From assembly GCA_014905635.1 (NCBI GenBank), contig JABVCE010000009.1, forward strand, positions 1,116,001-1,180,000: a stretch of DNA of 64,000 nt. The letters run 5' to 3'. The first letter of the stretch is position 1. Each line of letters begins with the position of its first letter. Below, in pieces: positions 21,619-34,322 of the stretch. The position numbers and the translations under genes were made by a program. The notes under the pieces are model-generated. The model saw nothing but the letters and a program-made list of their open reading frames with translations. It was not told the DNA's origin and made no database searches. Origin of the DNA: Scenedesmus sp. PABB004 (Eukaryota).

Positions 21619-21649
<31 letters not shown>

Positions 21650-24504
21650 CCGCCGCCGCCGGCCGCCGCGGCCGCCGCCGCCGCGACGAGCGCGTCGTTG
21701 CCCGCCCCCGGCCGCGTCTTGCCCGCGGCGACCGGCAGCAGGCTGGAGAAGCCGGGGCGGCAAAAGTCCTTTGCGTAGTCCGGGATGAGCGCGTCGTGCA
21801 CAGTGACCAGCACGCCTGCCGGCACCCACACGCGCAGCTCGGCGACGCCCTCGCACCCGACCGCGACCCAGCCCAGGCCTGCGGGGCCGCGCCGACGCCG
21901 GCAGCGGCGGCGTCAGCGGTGGCAAAAGCCCCGCCGCCCGCTCCCTGCCTCCCTGCCTCCCTGCCTCCCTGCCCGCCCCTCAACCCAGCCGTCCGCGCGC
22001 CCACCCAGCCCCACCCCCACGCCCCCACACGCCCGCGCACCCGCGATCGCGACGTCCTTGCTGTGGACCTTCCAGCTGCTGCCCTCGACGATCGCGGGGC
22101 GCGGCTCCAGCGCGAGCTCGCCCGCGCGCGCCGCCTCAAACGGCGGCGACAGCAGCCCGCCGGCGTGCCGCGCCGCGCGCTCCTCCGCGCCCTCGGTGCG
22201 CCCCAGGTGCGTCACGACGCCATCGGCGAGGAAAAAGGTCAGGTAGAGCGTGGCGCCGGGGCAGGCCACGACGTCGACGCGCGCGAGGCCGCCGAGCAGC
22301 ACCGTGCTGCCCGGCGGCACGCGGTACGTGCGCGGCTTGAGCCGCCGCCGCGGCAGCACCGCGCCGAGCTCCGTGAGGGTGAGGCGCGAGGTGAGCTGGT
22401 ACGCGTGGTGCACGCCGGGCGTGTCAAATGTGCGCGCGCGCGCGCCGAGCGGCAGCCCCGGCACGCGCAGCAGCCCGAGCGTCGTGCCCGGCACGGGCGC
22501 GACCGTGGGCTCGCCGCGGCCGGCGGTGCCGCCGAGGCGCTTCATGGCGGCGATGAGCGACGACTTGCCCGCTGTGGGCGGGGAGGGGGTTCAGCGGCGG
22601 CGGCAGCGGGGGCGCAGCAGGGTTGAGTCAGGGTTCAGGGTCGAGTGCGCGAGGGAGCGAGGGGGCGCACAGCGGCTGCTGGCGCGGCAGCGGCTGGCGG
22701 CCGAGCGGCGCGCGGGGGCTGCGGCGCACCGTTTTGCGCGCCCACGACCCAGAGGTCTGCCCTGAAGCCCAGCATCTCCCGCACCGCGCCGACCATCTCG
22801 CGCACGCCGAGGCCGTTGAGCGCGGAGACCATGAACACGCGCGACGGCCGCGGCAGCCCCGCCTGGCGCAGCCTGCGGGCGGGCGGCGCGCGAGGAGCGG
22901 GGTGGGGCCCCGCGCCGCGCGCGGGCGGCGCACAGCGCGCTCAGCGCCGCGCTGCACCGCGCGCCGCGCGGCACACGCCGCGCTCGCTCACCGCGTGCGC
23001 ACCCACGCCTCGACGCGGCGCGGCGTGGCCTGGCTGGGGAGCAGGTCAAACTTGTTGACTGCGACAGCGAGTTCAAACGGCAGCGCCCCGCCCTCGGCCG
23101 GCAGCGGCATGTCGGGCGAGATGCCGGGCAGCAGCGACCTGCGCGGCGGGGGCGGGGTTCGGGGGTCGGGGTTTGGGGTGTGGGGGTCCAGGGCGGGGCC
23201 CAGGGCGGCGGGCGCGGGGCTGGCGGGGCCCGAGAGGCGCGCGCGGCGCGCGGCGCGCGCGGCGCGTCTCACGCGAGCGCGGCGCGCGGGAGGCTGCCGT
23301 CAAAGTCCCACACGTCCACCACGCACAGCACCACCGCGCGGCGGTCGCGCTGCAGCGCAATCTTGCGCCCGACCTGCGCCGCACGCCAGGCGGGAGTCAG
23401 CAGCGTGAGCGGGCGTGTGCGCGGCGCGCCCCTGCGGCGCCGCGCCTCGCCCCACTGGCGGCACGCGTCTGCGCTCGCTGCCGCCGCCGCCGCCGCCGCC
23501 GCTGCCGCTGCAGCCGCCACGCTGCGCCGCACCTTCTTGGCAAGGTCAAACTCTGGCAGCGCCGCCTCGGCGGCCTCGCTCTTGACCTTGCTGCGGCGCC
23601 GGCGGCGGCGGCCGCGTTGGCTGCTAGCCTGCTGCGGCTGGCGCCGCAGCGCGGCGGCCTGCGCGGCGCCGAGGGACCCCAGAGCCCGCGGGGGGCGGGG
23701 GAGCAGCCTCACCCGTAGTGGACCAGCGAGAAGCAGCGCGCGCAGCTGACGCTCGCCTCGCCGGCGCCCTCCTCGCTGGCGCCGCTGGCGGCGGGCGCGT
23801 CCGGCACGGCGGGGCGCTGCTGCTCGTCCAGCCAGGCCTCCATCGCGCGGTCCGCGCTGCGCCGCTGCCGCTCCTCCGCCGACAGGCTGGCGCCGCCGTC
23901 GCCGGCGTCGGCCGCCACGCCCAGCAGCGCGGCCTGGGCGCGGACGGGGGGCGGGCGTGAGTGGCGCGCCACCCTCGGCTCCATCGCCGCGGCGGCGCCG
24001 CGGCCACCAGCGCGCACCTGCTCCTCCGCCAGGTCCAGGAGGCGGCGGGGGATCTGGAAGAAGCTGCGGGCGAGGCGGCGGCGGCGCGATGAGGCCCTGC
24101 GTGGCCGCGCCGCCCGCACGCAGCAGGCGAGCGCCCGCCGCCGCGCCTCACCCCGGCGCGTCGGGGTCGTCCTGCTGGAGCTTGACGCCGCAGCCGCTGC
24201 AGTAGCCGGGCAGCCGGCCCTTCAGCAGCGCCGCCAGGCGCGGCGCGCCGTCGGCGCCGCCCGCGGCCGGCGGCGGCGGCGGCTCCGCCGCGTCCAGGCC
24301 CGCCGCGGCGCACACGCCGGCGCAGGCGCGCCGCGGCGCCGCGTGTGGGCTCCAGAGGCGCTGCACCAGGCTCTCGGCGTGCGGCGCGCATCGCAGCGGC
24401 CCCAGGCGCGGCGCGGCGGGGGTCGCGAGGGCGAGGCTGCTGCTGCGCGCCCCCGCCAGCGAGCTCCCGGCGCGCTGCAGCATCAGGCGTGCGCCCCTGA
24501 TCAT
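21517..24504 (-). CDS. Circularly permuted YqeH/NOA1-family GTPase, BPG2-like
   Basis: Zn motif CSGCG...CARC, VVDVWDFDGS, G4 NKFD before G1 GAQNAGKS, PGTT and DTPG. Confidence 0.88.
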
Positions 24505-25210
24505 GCACTGGCAGTGCCGGTGGTGGTGCCGGTGTAAGAAGCGGCAAGCGGGCTGGCGGCAGCACTGGCGTGCGGCGCGGCGGCGCCGGCTGCTGCTGCT
24601 GCTGGGGTGCGGGCTGTAGTCGCGGCTGCCTGCCGTCTGGCGGCTGGGGACCGTTGTGGGCTGGGCTGACGGGTGGGCCGTCCTGCCGGCGGCGGGGGAG
24701 TGAACCTCGCCGCACGCTGGGCGCGTCACACGCGCCGCCCGCGCCGCGCGCCGGTGCGCGGCGTGCACACGCGGGGCGGCGCTGCGCCCGTGCCCGAGAC
24801 ACACGCACGCGGCGCCAAAAAAAGAAACTGCCTAGCCGCCCCGCGCCCCCCGCCTGCCCCCCGCTCGCCGCCTGCCCCGCCGCTCTGCTGTCCGCTGCGC
24901 CCCTGCTCCCCCATGCTCCGCCCCCGCCGCCCGCCCGCGCCTGCGACGCCGGCGACCGTCGCACAGCACGCACGCCCCGCGCCGCCGCGCCGCGCCCCGA
25001 CCGCCTCGGCGCCGCGCAGCACGCGCCCGGCGGGCGCGCCCCGGGCCCTCGCGTGAACTCCCCTGCCCGTGTCCGTGCCCGACCTCCCCCGCTGCCCCGC
25101 CCCGTCCGCCCCCTGCCGTGCCGTGCCGCCTCCCCCGGCCAGCCCAGTCCCTCCTGCATCTGCTTCACGTCACCGCCAAGGCCTGTTACGTGAGGCCTGG
25201 GCCCGGGCCG

Positions 25211-28200
25211 CTACTTGAAGTCGCCGTCAAAGCCGGTGAAGCCGGCCAGCCTGAAGAGTGGGTAGTAGGCCTTGGCCTCGAGCTTGCTGCACCAGTTCCA
25301 CGCGCTCGTCAGCCGGCCGTCGATGCAGCTCCCCGCGTCGAAAAAGTTCTGCGCGGGGTGTGTTTGGTGTTTTGTGTGTGTGTGTGGGGGGGGGGGGGGG
25401 GGGGGGGCGGCGCGGCGCGTGGGGCGAGCGAGGGGCGAGCGTGGCGCGAGCGTGGGGTGAGCGTGGCGCGGCGCCCCGGCGCGCGGTGGCCGCCCTGGCC
25501 CCAGCGGCGGCGGCGCACGTCGGCGCCGCTGCCGTCAAACGCGTGGCGGCAAAAGTCGGCGAGGATGGCGGAGCGCGCGGGCCGACGCCGCCAAACGCGG
25601 CGTTGATGTAGGCGGCCAGCCGCGCGTCGGCGGCGAGGCGGGGCAGCGCGTCGAGCACGAGCACGACGGGGTTTAGGATCTGGGGGACCTGGAGAGGGTT
25701 TAGGGGTTTAGGGGTCGAGGTGCGCGGGGCGGGAGTGAGGAGGAGCAGGGCTCCCTGCGGGAGCCGGGCGGCGCGCGGCGGCGCGCGCCAACGCCGCCGC
25801 CCTCTGCCGTGCCCGTCCCTCTGCCGCCTGCTCCCTCCCTCCCACACCCCCCTCCCCTCCACCCCCCCCCCCCCCCCCCCACCTGGGTGTACTTGTTGAG
25901 GAAGAAGAGCGCGTTGGGCACCTGGGCAGGGTTTAGGGAGGGAGGGGCAGGGGCAGGGTTTAGGGAGGGAGGGGCAGGGGCAGGGTTGAGGGGGGAGCCG
26001 CCAGGAGGGAGGGGAGAGAGGGAGAGGGGGGGGGGGCGACGGGGGAGGCGCGGCGCAGAGGGGGGGGGGGGGGGGAGGGCGCGCGGCGCGGCCGCACGTT
26101 GTGGTCGCCCAGGTGCACCACGCTGCTGCCCACCCACGACCCGATGGCCGCCTGCAGGGGCAGGCCGGGCGCGCGGGCGCGCGCGCGTGTTGAGCCGGCC
26201 AGCGGCGGCCAGCGGCTGCCAGCGGCGGCGGCGGGGCGGCGCGGCGCGGGCGCCCGGGGGCGGCCCTCTCCCTCTGCCCCCTCCCCCCCACACACACCCA
26301 CACCCACCCACCTGGCAGCGGCCCAGTATCGCCGCCATCGCGCGCGACAGGCGCGGCGCCGACTGCGCGGCGAGCGGGCGGGCGCGGCGCGGCGGGCGGC
26401 GGCCGCGGCGTCGGCCCCCGCCCGGCGCCGCCGGCGCGCCGGCGCTGCCTGGGCCCCGCGCCACCCCCCGTGCCAGCAGCGCGTGCCCACGACAGCGGCG
26501 CGTGCCGCCAGCAGCCGCGCGTGCCCCCCCCCCCCCTCAGTCGGCGCGCCTGCACGCGGTTGAGCCCCTGCCCCGTGTCGCACAGGCGGTACGCCGCGCC
26601 CGGGCGCAGCATGTCCTCCTCGGCCAGGTACCAGAGCTTGAACTGGGGGGGGGGGGCGGTGGGGTTAAGGGTTTAGGGGGGATTTGGGGGCGAGGGGCGG
26701 GGCGAGGGCTTCAGGGTTGGGGGAGTGCTTGACAGGGCGGGTGGAGGGTGAGGGGGCGGGGCGCAGGGTGCTGGGCGGGGCGGGGCGGGGCGGGGCGCAC
26801 CATGTCGCTGCTAATCTCGCGCCACAGCGTGAGGCTCTGCAGCACGTAGTGGTACTGCCTGGGGTTTTAGGAGAGGGGGGGGGGGGGGGCGGTTTAGGGG
26901 GAGCGGGGTTGGCTGGGCGAGCGCCGCGGCGACGACACACGCACAGCCCTCGGCCGGCGGCCCGCGCGCCCCGCGCGGCGCCGCACCGCTCGTGCGAGTG
27001 CGTGAGCCGCGCGCCGCCGCGGCCGCCGGTGATGGCGAGGCAGGTGTGGTCGTCCCAGGCGTCGGGGCGGAAGGTGGAGGTGAAGTAGGTCAGCATGCGG
27101 TCGATGGGGTCCCTGCGGGGTTTAAGAGTCGCGGCGGCAGGGTTTAGCTGGGGCGGCCAGGGCTCGGGCGCTGCCGGCCCGCGGCGGCGCAGCAGCGGGC
27201 CCGCCTTTCTCACGCAGCAGCAGCCGCAGCAGCAGCAGCAGAAGCCCTCGCAGCCCGCCTCGCAACCCTAAACCCTAAACCCTGAAGCCCTAAGCCCTGA
27301 TCCCCAAGCCCCAAGCCCCCGCGCCTGTTGAAGAGCAGGTAGGCGCTGTTGTCGCTGAGCGAGTAGATGGCCCACAGTATGTCCTCCTCGCTCAGCCCCG
27401 CGTGCCTTGGGGGGGGGGGGGGGCGGTGTGCGTGTGGGTGGGTGGGTGTGGGAAGGGGAGGGGGGGGGGGGGGGGGGGGGGCAGGGTCGAGGGCTCAGGG
27501 AGAGAGGAAGAGGGGGGTCGGAGAGGCGGGGCGGCGGCAAGAGCGCGGCGCGGCGCGGGGCGTGCCGCGCGCGGCGCGCCGCACTTGTAGCGCCGCGCGA
27601 GCGCCTCGCGCGCGCGCTCCTTGGTCTTGATGTCACGCTGCACCGCCGCGCGCGGCCGCCCGCCCGCCACGACCTCGCGCGTCGCGACCTGCCGCCAGGG
27701 GGGGGGGGGGGTGCGGATGTGGCTGGGGTGGGCGCCGCCGAGGCGCCGCGGGGAGCGCGATGGAAAGTGGGGGTGCCGAGGCGCCGCCAATGCGCAGCAG
27801 CAGCGCCCCAGGCCACGACACACACACGCGTGCACACACACAGCCACCCACACTCGCACACACAGCCACCCACACGCACACACAGCCACACCCACCCACC
27901 TCGAGCAGCGGGTCGTCCAGCAGCTGTGGCCGCCCCGCCTCCTCCAGGAAGGTCGCCACGGTGCGCAGCGGGCGCACGCAGCTAAACCCCAGCAGCTCCT
28001 GCGGCGCCCGGCCGGCCGGCGCGGCCCCCCTGAGCGCGCCGCCGCCGCGCGGCGCCTGCTGCAGAGCGCGGCGCCTGCTGCAGAGCGCGGCGCCGCCCGG
28101 GGCGCCCCTCCCCTTGCGTGCGCGCACCTGCACGCTGCTGTCGGCGCTGTCCATCAGCATGTACATCATCCTGCAAGCGAGCGCGCGCAGCAGCAGCAGC

Positions 28201-30421
28201 AGCAGCAGCGACGTTCAAACCCGCGGCCGACAGCCGCGCCGCGCCGCGCCGCGCTGCGCTGCGCCGCCCCCCGCGCGCTTGCATGTGCCGCGCACGCGTG
28301 TGCCGCGCGCCGACGCTGCAGGGCTTTACTCACTTGCCGAACTCGCTGCGCATCTTGTCGGGGTTCATGATCTTGTAGCGCCGCCCGATCTCAAACACGT
28401 CCTGCAAGCAGAAGCGCACCACCACAGCGGGCACGCGGCCGCGGCCACAGGGCAGGGGGGGGGGGGGGCAGGCGTGTCGCGGCGCCCGGCGGCGCCGCGG
28501 GTGGCGCGTGCGCGTGCGGCGCAGGCGCCTCCTGAGCCCCAGCCCTGAGCCCTCCCGCGTCGCCGCCGCCTGAGCCCCAGCCCTGAGCCCTCCCGCGCCT
28601 CGCGCCTGGAAGAAGGCCGCGTTGACGTCAAAGTCGCGGTCCGTGACGAGCTGCTGCCCGCGCTTGTAGTCCTGCGCGACCACCAGCCCTGCCACGCGCG
28701 CGCGGGCGGACAGAGCGAGGCGGCGGCGGCGCCGGCGCGGTCGGCAACGGGGCGCCGCGGGCGGGGCGTGCGCGGGCGCGGGCGCGCGCGGGGGGCTAGG
28801 GCGTCACCGCTGAGTATGGCGCAAAAGTCCTTGATCTGCGCGTGCACCCGCGACGTCTTGCTGCGCCACGCGAGGATGTCGACCTGCGCGCGCGCACGCG
28901 CGGCGCGGCGGCGGCGCGCGCGTGGGCGGCGGCGCGCGCCCGCCGGCAGGCGCCGGCGCCGCCGCGGCGCGGGGCTGGGGCGTGAGCGCCGCGCGCCGCG
29001 CAGCGCGCCGCCATGCGCCGTGCGCGCGCCCGTGCGCTGCGCCTGCCTTGTCGGTGTACTCGCTGACGTTGAGCGCCGCCTCGAGCAGGCGCAGCAGGCG
29101 GCGCTCGTCGAGCTTGAGGCGCAGCGGGATGTAGCGGGCGCGCTCGCGGAACCCGGGGCCCCGCGGCGACACGCCCGCGAGGCTCGCGCTGCTGCCGCTG
29201 CTCGCGAGGCGCGCCGCCGCGCCCGCGGGGTCGGGCGCCGGCGGCGCGCCGCCGGCCGCGCCGGCGCCGGCCGCGCCGCCGTCGCCGCCCTCCTCCTCAG
29301 AGCTGCTGCTCCCCTGCGCGCGCGCGGCGGCGCGGCCGGGTGGGCGCGGCGCGCCGCTGGGAACGCCGCGCCCGCCATCGCGCCACGACGCGCCGCGGCC
29401 CGACCTGCTCCGCGTCCTCCCCCGCGTCCTCGTCGTCCTCGTCGGCGCTGTCCGCGGCGTCGTCGTCGGTGCGGCGCTCGCGCGCGCGCTTGTGCTCGAC
29501 GTCGCCGTCCACGTCCATCAGCTGCGCCTGCGCGCGCCGGGGTCGAGGGTTTTGGCGCGCGGCGCGCGGCGCGGAGCAGTCCGCGGGGGCCTGCTTGGGC
29601 GCTCGCAGCGGCCGAACGCGGAGGCGGCGCCCCCGCGCCCGCGCCTGGTGCGAGGAGCGCTTGAGCCGCTCCACGTCGGCCTGCTGCTGCTCCGAGAACG
29701 CCGCCGCCTCGAGCGCCGCGTCGGCGAGGCGCTGCTTCAGCGCCGCGAGCTGCTGCAGCGCGCTCGCGACCGCGGGGTCGGCGCCGCCCGCCAGCGCCGC
29801 GACGGCCGCCTCGACCGCCTCGGCCTGCTGCAGCGCGCCCGCCGCGGCGAGCGCCTTCTCGCCCGCATACTCCGCCAGCTGCTCCTGCGCGACCTGCAGC
29901 CGCTGCGCCTTGTCCTGCGCGTCCGCCTCGGCCTTCAGCCGCGCGAGGTGCTCCTCTGCGGCGGCGCCCGCGGCCGCGGCGCGTGTCGGCGCGGCAGCGC
30001 GCAGAGAGGCCTGGACATCTCGTGCCCGCCCATGCAGCAGCCAGCTGCGCCGCCCCGCGCTGCCTCGGCCCGGCCGCGCCCGAGCAGCGGCGCGCTGCTG
30101 CGCCGCCGCAGTGCGCGCGGGCCCCGCCGGCGGCTCGCCGCACAGCGCCTGCCGCTGCTTCGCCGCGCCAGGCGTCCGGTGGGCCGGCCGAGAGCCGGCG
30201 AGGGCGGCCCTGCGCGCCAGGCGGGCGCGCTGGTGGGCGCCATCACGCGCGGCCTCACCGTCCAGGGCGGCAGCCGGGTCCAGCGGCGCGGCGGTGTCTA
30301 CGGAGGACGCCGGCGCGCCCTCCGAGTCCAGCACGGCGGACAGCGCGACGTTCTTGTGGTGCTGCTCCATGCTGGTGGCGGCGCGCGGCGTCGAGGTGAG
30401 CCAACCCCACAGGGCTTTCAT
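25211..30421 (-). CDS. UPF0652/DUF2009 family protein (apparent 1-nt frameshift near 25580)
   Basis: ERARYIPLRL, ALNVSEYTDKVD, FEIGRRYKIMNPDKMR, GARLTHSH, HLGDHNVPNALFFLNKY, FDGSGADNFFDAGSCIDGRLTSAWNWC, GFTGFDGDF. Confidence 0.88.
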
Positions 30422-30710
30422 GAGCTTGGAGGCGCCTCCTCCTCCCGGCCGGGGCTGCGCTGGCGCGCGCGCGGGCAGGGGGTGCAGGCGGGCGCCCGCG
30501 CGGGGCGGTCGGCGCGCCGCGGCGCTTTTGTGAAGCGCCGCCGCCGCGCGGCAGCTCACCGCCCGCCGCCCCATCCCCGCGCGTGGAGATCCCGCCCCGC
30601 CGCCCGTCCCAGCGCCCTCCTGGCCGCCGCACACAGCACGCGACGCAACGCGCCGCCGCCGCGGCCGCTGCTGCCGCTGCTCGCGCCGGGGCGATGTGAG
30701 CGCGCCGCCG

Positions 30711-31972
30711 ATGGACGCGCTGCTGCAGGGCCTGGGCCTGGAGGGCGGCCCGGACCGCGCCGCGCCGCCCGGCGACGCATGGGGCTTCGCGGAGGGACTG
30801 CCGCCGCTCGCGGCGCTGCTCGCCGACCAGCGCGCGGGCCGCGCCGGCCGCGACAGCTACGTGGCGCGCCTGGAGGCGAGCCACGCCTTTGGCAGCAACG
30901 CCTGCATCGAGGGCATGGCGGCGCAGCTCGGCCTGGGCCACCTGACGTCCGGCCTCGCGGGCACGACGCTCGGCGGCCCGCCGCAGCAGCCGCCGGGCGG
31001 CGCCCCCGCGGCGGTCGCCGCCGTGCGGCGCGCCATCGACGGCGCGTGGTCGCGCGAGGCGGTGCGGCGCGGCGTGGCGAGCGCCAAGTCGGGTGCGGCG
31101 CGCGCGCACGCGCGTGCCGCCCATGCCGCCGGCCGGCCGCCGGCGCTCGCCCGCCGACGCGCCGCGCCCCCGCCCCCCGGCGCGCAGGCGACTACGCTGC
31201 GGCCATGGGGTGCTACGCCAAGGCGCTGGAGCTGGACCCGCGCAGCAGCGACGCGCACGTCGCGCGCGGCGCGGCGCACGCCAACCATCGGCGCTTTGAC
31301 GCCGCGCTCGCTGACTTCCGGGCCGCGCTGGCGCTCGACCCGGGCAACGCCAACGCCGCCAAGTACCTCGCCGCCACGCAGCAGCACGTCGCCGCGGCGG
31401 GGGCGGCGGCGGCGGCGGCGCCGGGCGGCGGCGGCGGCGCGGGCGGCCAGCAGGAGCAGCAGCGGGAGCGGGAGCAGCAACGGCCGGGAGCGCGGGAGCA
31501 GCCGCAGCAGCCGCAGCAGGAGCGGACGCAGCCGCCGCCACCGCAGCAGCAGCAGATGACGCCGCAGCAGCAGCAGCTGCCGCGGGCCGAGCAGCCGCAG
31601 CACGAGCGCAGCGCGCACCGCCCGCGCCGCAGCAGGAGCGGGAGCAGGAGCAGGAGCAGGAGCAGAGGCCGCAGCCGCAGCCGGGGACGCAGCCGGGGAC
31701 GCAGCCGGGGCCGCAGCAGCGGCAGCAGCACCAGCACGAGCAGCGCCAGCAGCGGCGGCGGCAGCTCGGGGCCGGAGCGCGGCGGCGGCGGCGGCCCGCC
31801 CCGCGCCGCCAAGCTGCTGAAGGGCTCCAGCGCGGCGGACGTGCGGGAGGCGATCGAGGAGCTGCGCGCGTCGGCCAAGAAGCGCCCGCGCCGCGACGCA
31901 AAGCACGGCAGCAAGGCCAAGCGCAAGCACAAGAAGCACGGCAAGCACAAGAAGCACAAGCGCCGGCGCTGA
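30711..31972 (+). CDS. TPR-repeat protein with Ser/Arg- and Lys/His-rich tail (TTC14-like), 2 exons
   Basis: AMGCYAKALELDP...AHVARGAAHAN...ALADFRAALALDPGNANAAKYL; SR repeats; KHKKHGKHKKHKRRR*. Confidence 0.75.
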
Positions 31973-32189
31973 GAGCGCCAGCCGCGCTGTAATGTCGTTG
32001 CGCGGGCGCCGCTCGGGAAGGCGGGCGGCCGCGGTTCAGCCGTGCCGCCGCGGCGCTGCACCAGCTGTTGTGTGGAGCTCGTCGTGCCGCCCCGCTCAGG
32101 CCGAGATCTCCGCCAAGCAGCGGCGCCCGGCTGCCGTGCAACCGCTGCACCCGCTGCCGCTGCTCGCGACGCGCCGCCGCGCCGTGCGC

Positions 32190-33903
32190 ATGCCGCCGCT
32201 CAAATTTATCAACGCGGGCGGATCGCTCACGCTCTCCGCGGTGCTCCTCGCGGCCCTGTGGGTCGCGCGGGCGATCCGGCAGCAACGACGCAGCGCAGCG
32301 GCCGCCGCGCCGCGCCCCGGCGGCGCCGGCGGGGGCCGCTTCGCCGCGCAGATCAGCGCCACGGCACTGGGACTGCTGGTGCGGCGGCATGGCGCTGCGA
32401 GGCGCGAGAGCGCCGACCCGGCGGGCAGCTGGCGGGCGGGCAGCTGGCGGCGCACGCGCCGACCGCCGCTGCGCGTGCCCGCCCGCGGCGCGCAGGTGCA
32501 GCTGCAGGCCGTGCCGCACGTGGTGCTGGACGTGCGGAGTGCAGATGAACAAGCCGCCAGCCCGCTGCCGGCGTGGCTCGCGGCAGCGGCGGTCGCGGTG
32601 CCGGGTGCGCGGCCGGGGCGAGCACGCGGGTCAGCCTGTTGCTCGCGGCGCGGCCGCAGCGACGACGCGCCGCGACGCCGCCCGACCTTCTCCCCCCACA
32701 GAGCCGCAGCTGGCGGCAGCGCTGACGCCGCCCTTTGCCGCCTGGCCCGGCGCCGATGGCGGCGCCGACGGCGGGGCGGGCGGCGCGCCGCCGTCGCGGC
32801 ACCACCTGCTGGTCGTGGTCGGGGGCGACGCGCAGGCCGACGCGCAGGCCGCCGCGCGCGCGGCGGCGGCGGGCTACGACCGCGTCGCAACGGTCACAGG
32901 CGGCGCGGCGGCGCTCGCCGCGCACGCGTGCGCGCCGCCGCGCCCCGCCGCGCTGCCGCCCGGCCTGCGGCGCGACGCGCTGGCGCTGCTGCTGGACGTC
33001 GCGCCGGTGCCGGAGGAGGTGCTGGCGGAGGCGTACGCGATACTCAGCCGCAGCAGCGGCCCGCCGCCGGGGCAGCAGCCCCCGCCGCCCGGCGACGGCG
33101 GGCCGCCGCACGGCGCGGGCGCGGAGCTGGGCGCGGCGCCGGGCGGCGGCCACGCCGGCGGCGGCGGCGCGGCGGCGCCGGACGGCGCGGGGCCGGCGCG
33201 GCTGGTCGTGCTGGACGTGCGGCGGCACGATGAGCGCGCCCTCTACGGCGCCATCCCCGGCGCGCTGCACCTGCCCGCCGACGAGCTGCCGAGCGCGCTG
33301 GCGCTGCCGGGCGAGGCGTTCCGGCGGCGCTACCACTACGCCCGCCCGGCGCGGCGCGACGCGCTCGTGCTCGCGTCGCGCCGCGCCGCGCGCGCGGCCT
33401 GGGCGGCGCAGCTCGCGGCCGACGCCGGCTGGCAGCGGTGCGGCGCGCCGCCGCCCGGGGCCGGCGCGGGGCGGCTGCGCGGCCCGGCGCGGCCCGGCGC
33501 GGCCCGGTGCGCCCTCTCCACGCCGCCCGCCTGCCCGCCGCCCGCCGCCCGCGCTGGCCGGCGCAGCGTGCACGTCTACCTCGACGGCGCGTGGGGCTGG
33601 CGGTTCAGCGCGGCGGTGCAGGCCTATCAGGCGTACGCGCCGGTGCGGCCGCGCGGTGTGTGTGTGGGGGGGAGGGGGGGAGGGGGGAGGGGGGCAGCAG
33701 TGCACGCGCCGCGGCGAGCATTGGGTGACGCGTGCGCGCTGCCCTGACGCCGCGGCGCCCGCCTGCCCCGCCCGCAGTGGCAGCCGCCGCCGGAGCCCGA
33801 GGCGTTTGCGCCGGACCACCCCGACGTCGCGGCGGGCGCGGCGGAGCTGCAGGCCGCGGGACTGCTCGCGCAGCTCGTCGCCGCGCGCGCGGCGGGCGCG
33901 TGA
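32190..33903 (+). CDS. Tandem rhodanese-like domain protein with N-terminal hydrophobic anchor
   Basis: Two VLDVR motifs; LDVRRHDERALYGAIPGALHLP; YLDGAWGW. Confidence 0.7.
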
Positions 33904-34322
33904 AACACGGTGGTTCAGCCGCTGGCGGCTGCCCCTGTCAATGCCGCAGCTCGAGGGCGGTGCGCCAGACCGCTGCAGCGTCCTGTCGCAGCTCGTGGGT
34001 GGTGCGCCAGACCACTGCAGCACCCCCGGCGTTGTGTCGTGGCAGCGGCGCCGGCAGCGGCAGCAGCGCTGGCGCTGGCGGTTGCTGCGGCTCGCGCCCG
34101 TGCCCGTCCTGCCGCTGCAGCCGCCTCGCGTTCGGTTGGCGCGCGCACGTCTAGGTCGCGAGCAGCTCGGGCGGGCACTGCCGCCACACCGGCGTCCCGC
34201 CGGCAGCGGCCAGCCGCCGCCGCATGCTGCGGGCCTGCCGGCGAGCCGCCGCAACAACCCACGCCCTGTGTTGCGCGGTCTGGGCTGCAGCTGCTGATCC
34301 CGAAGCTGCTCTGAGCGGGACG

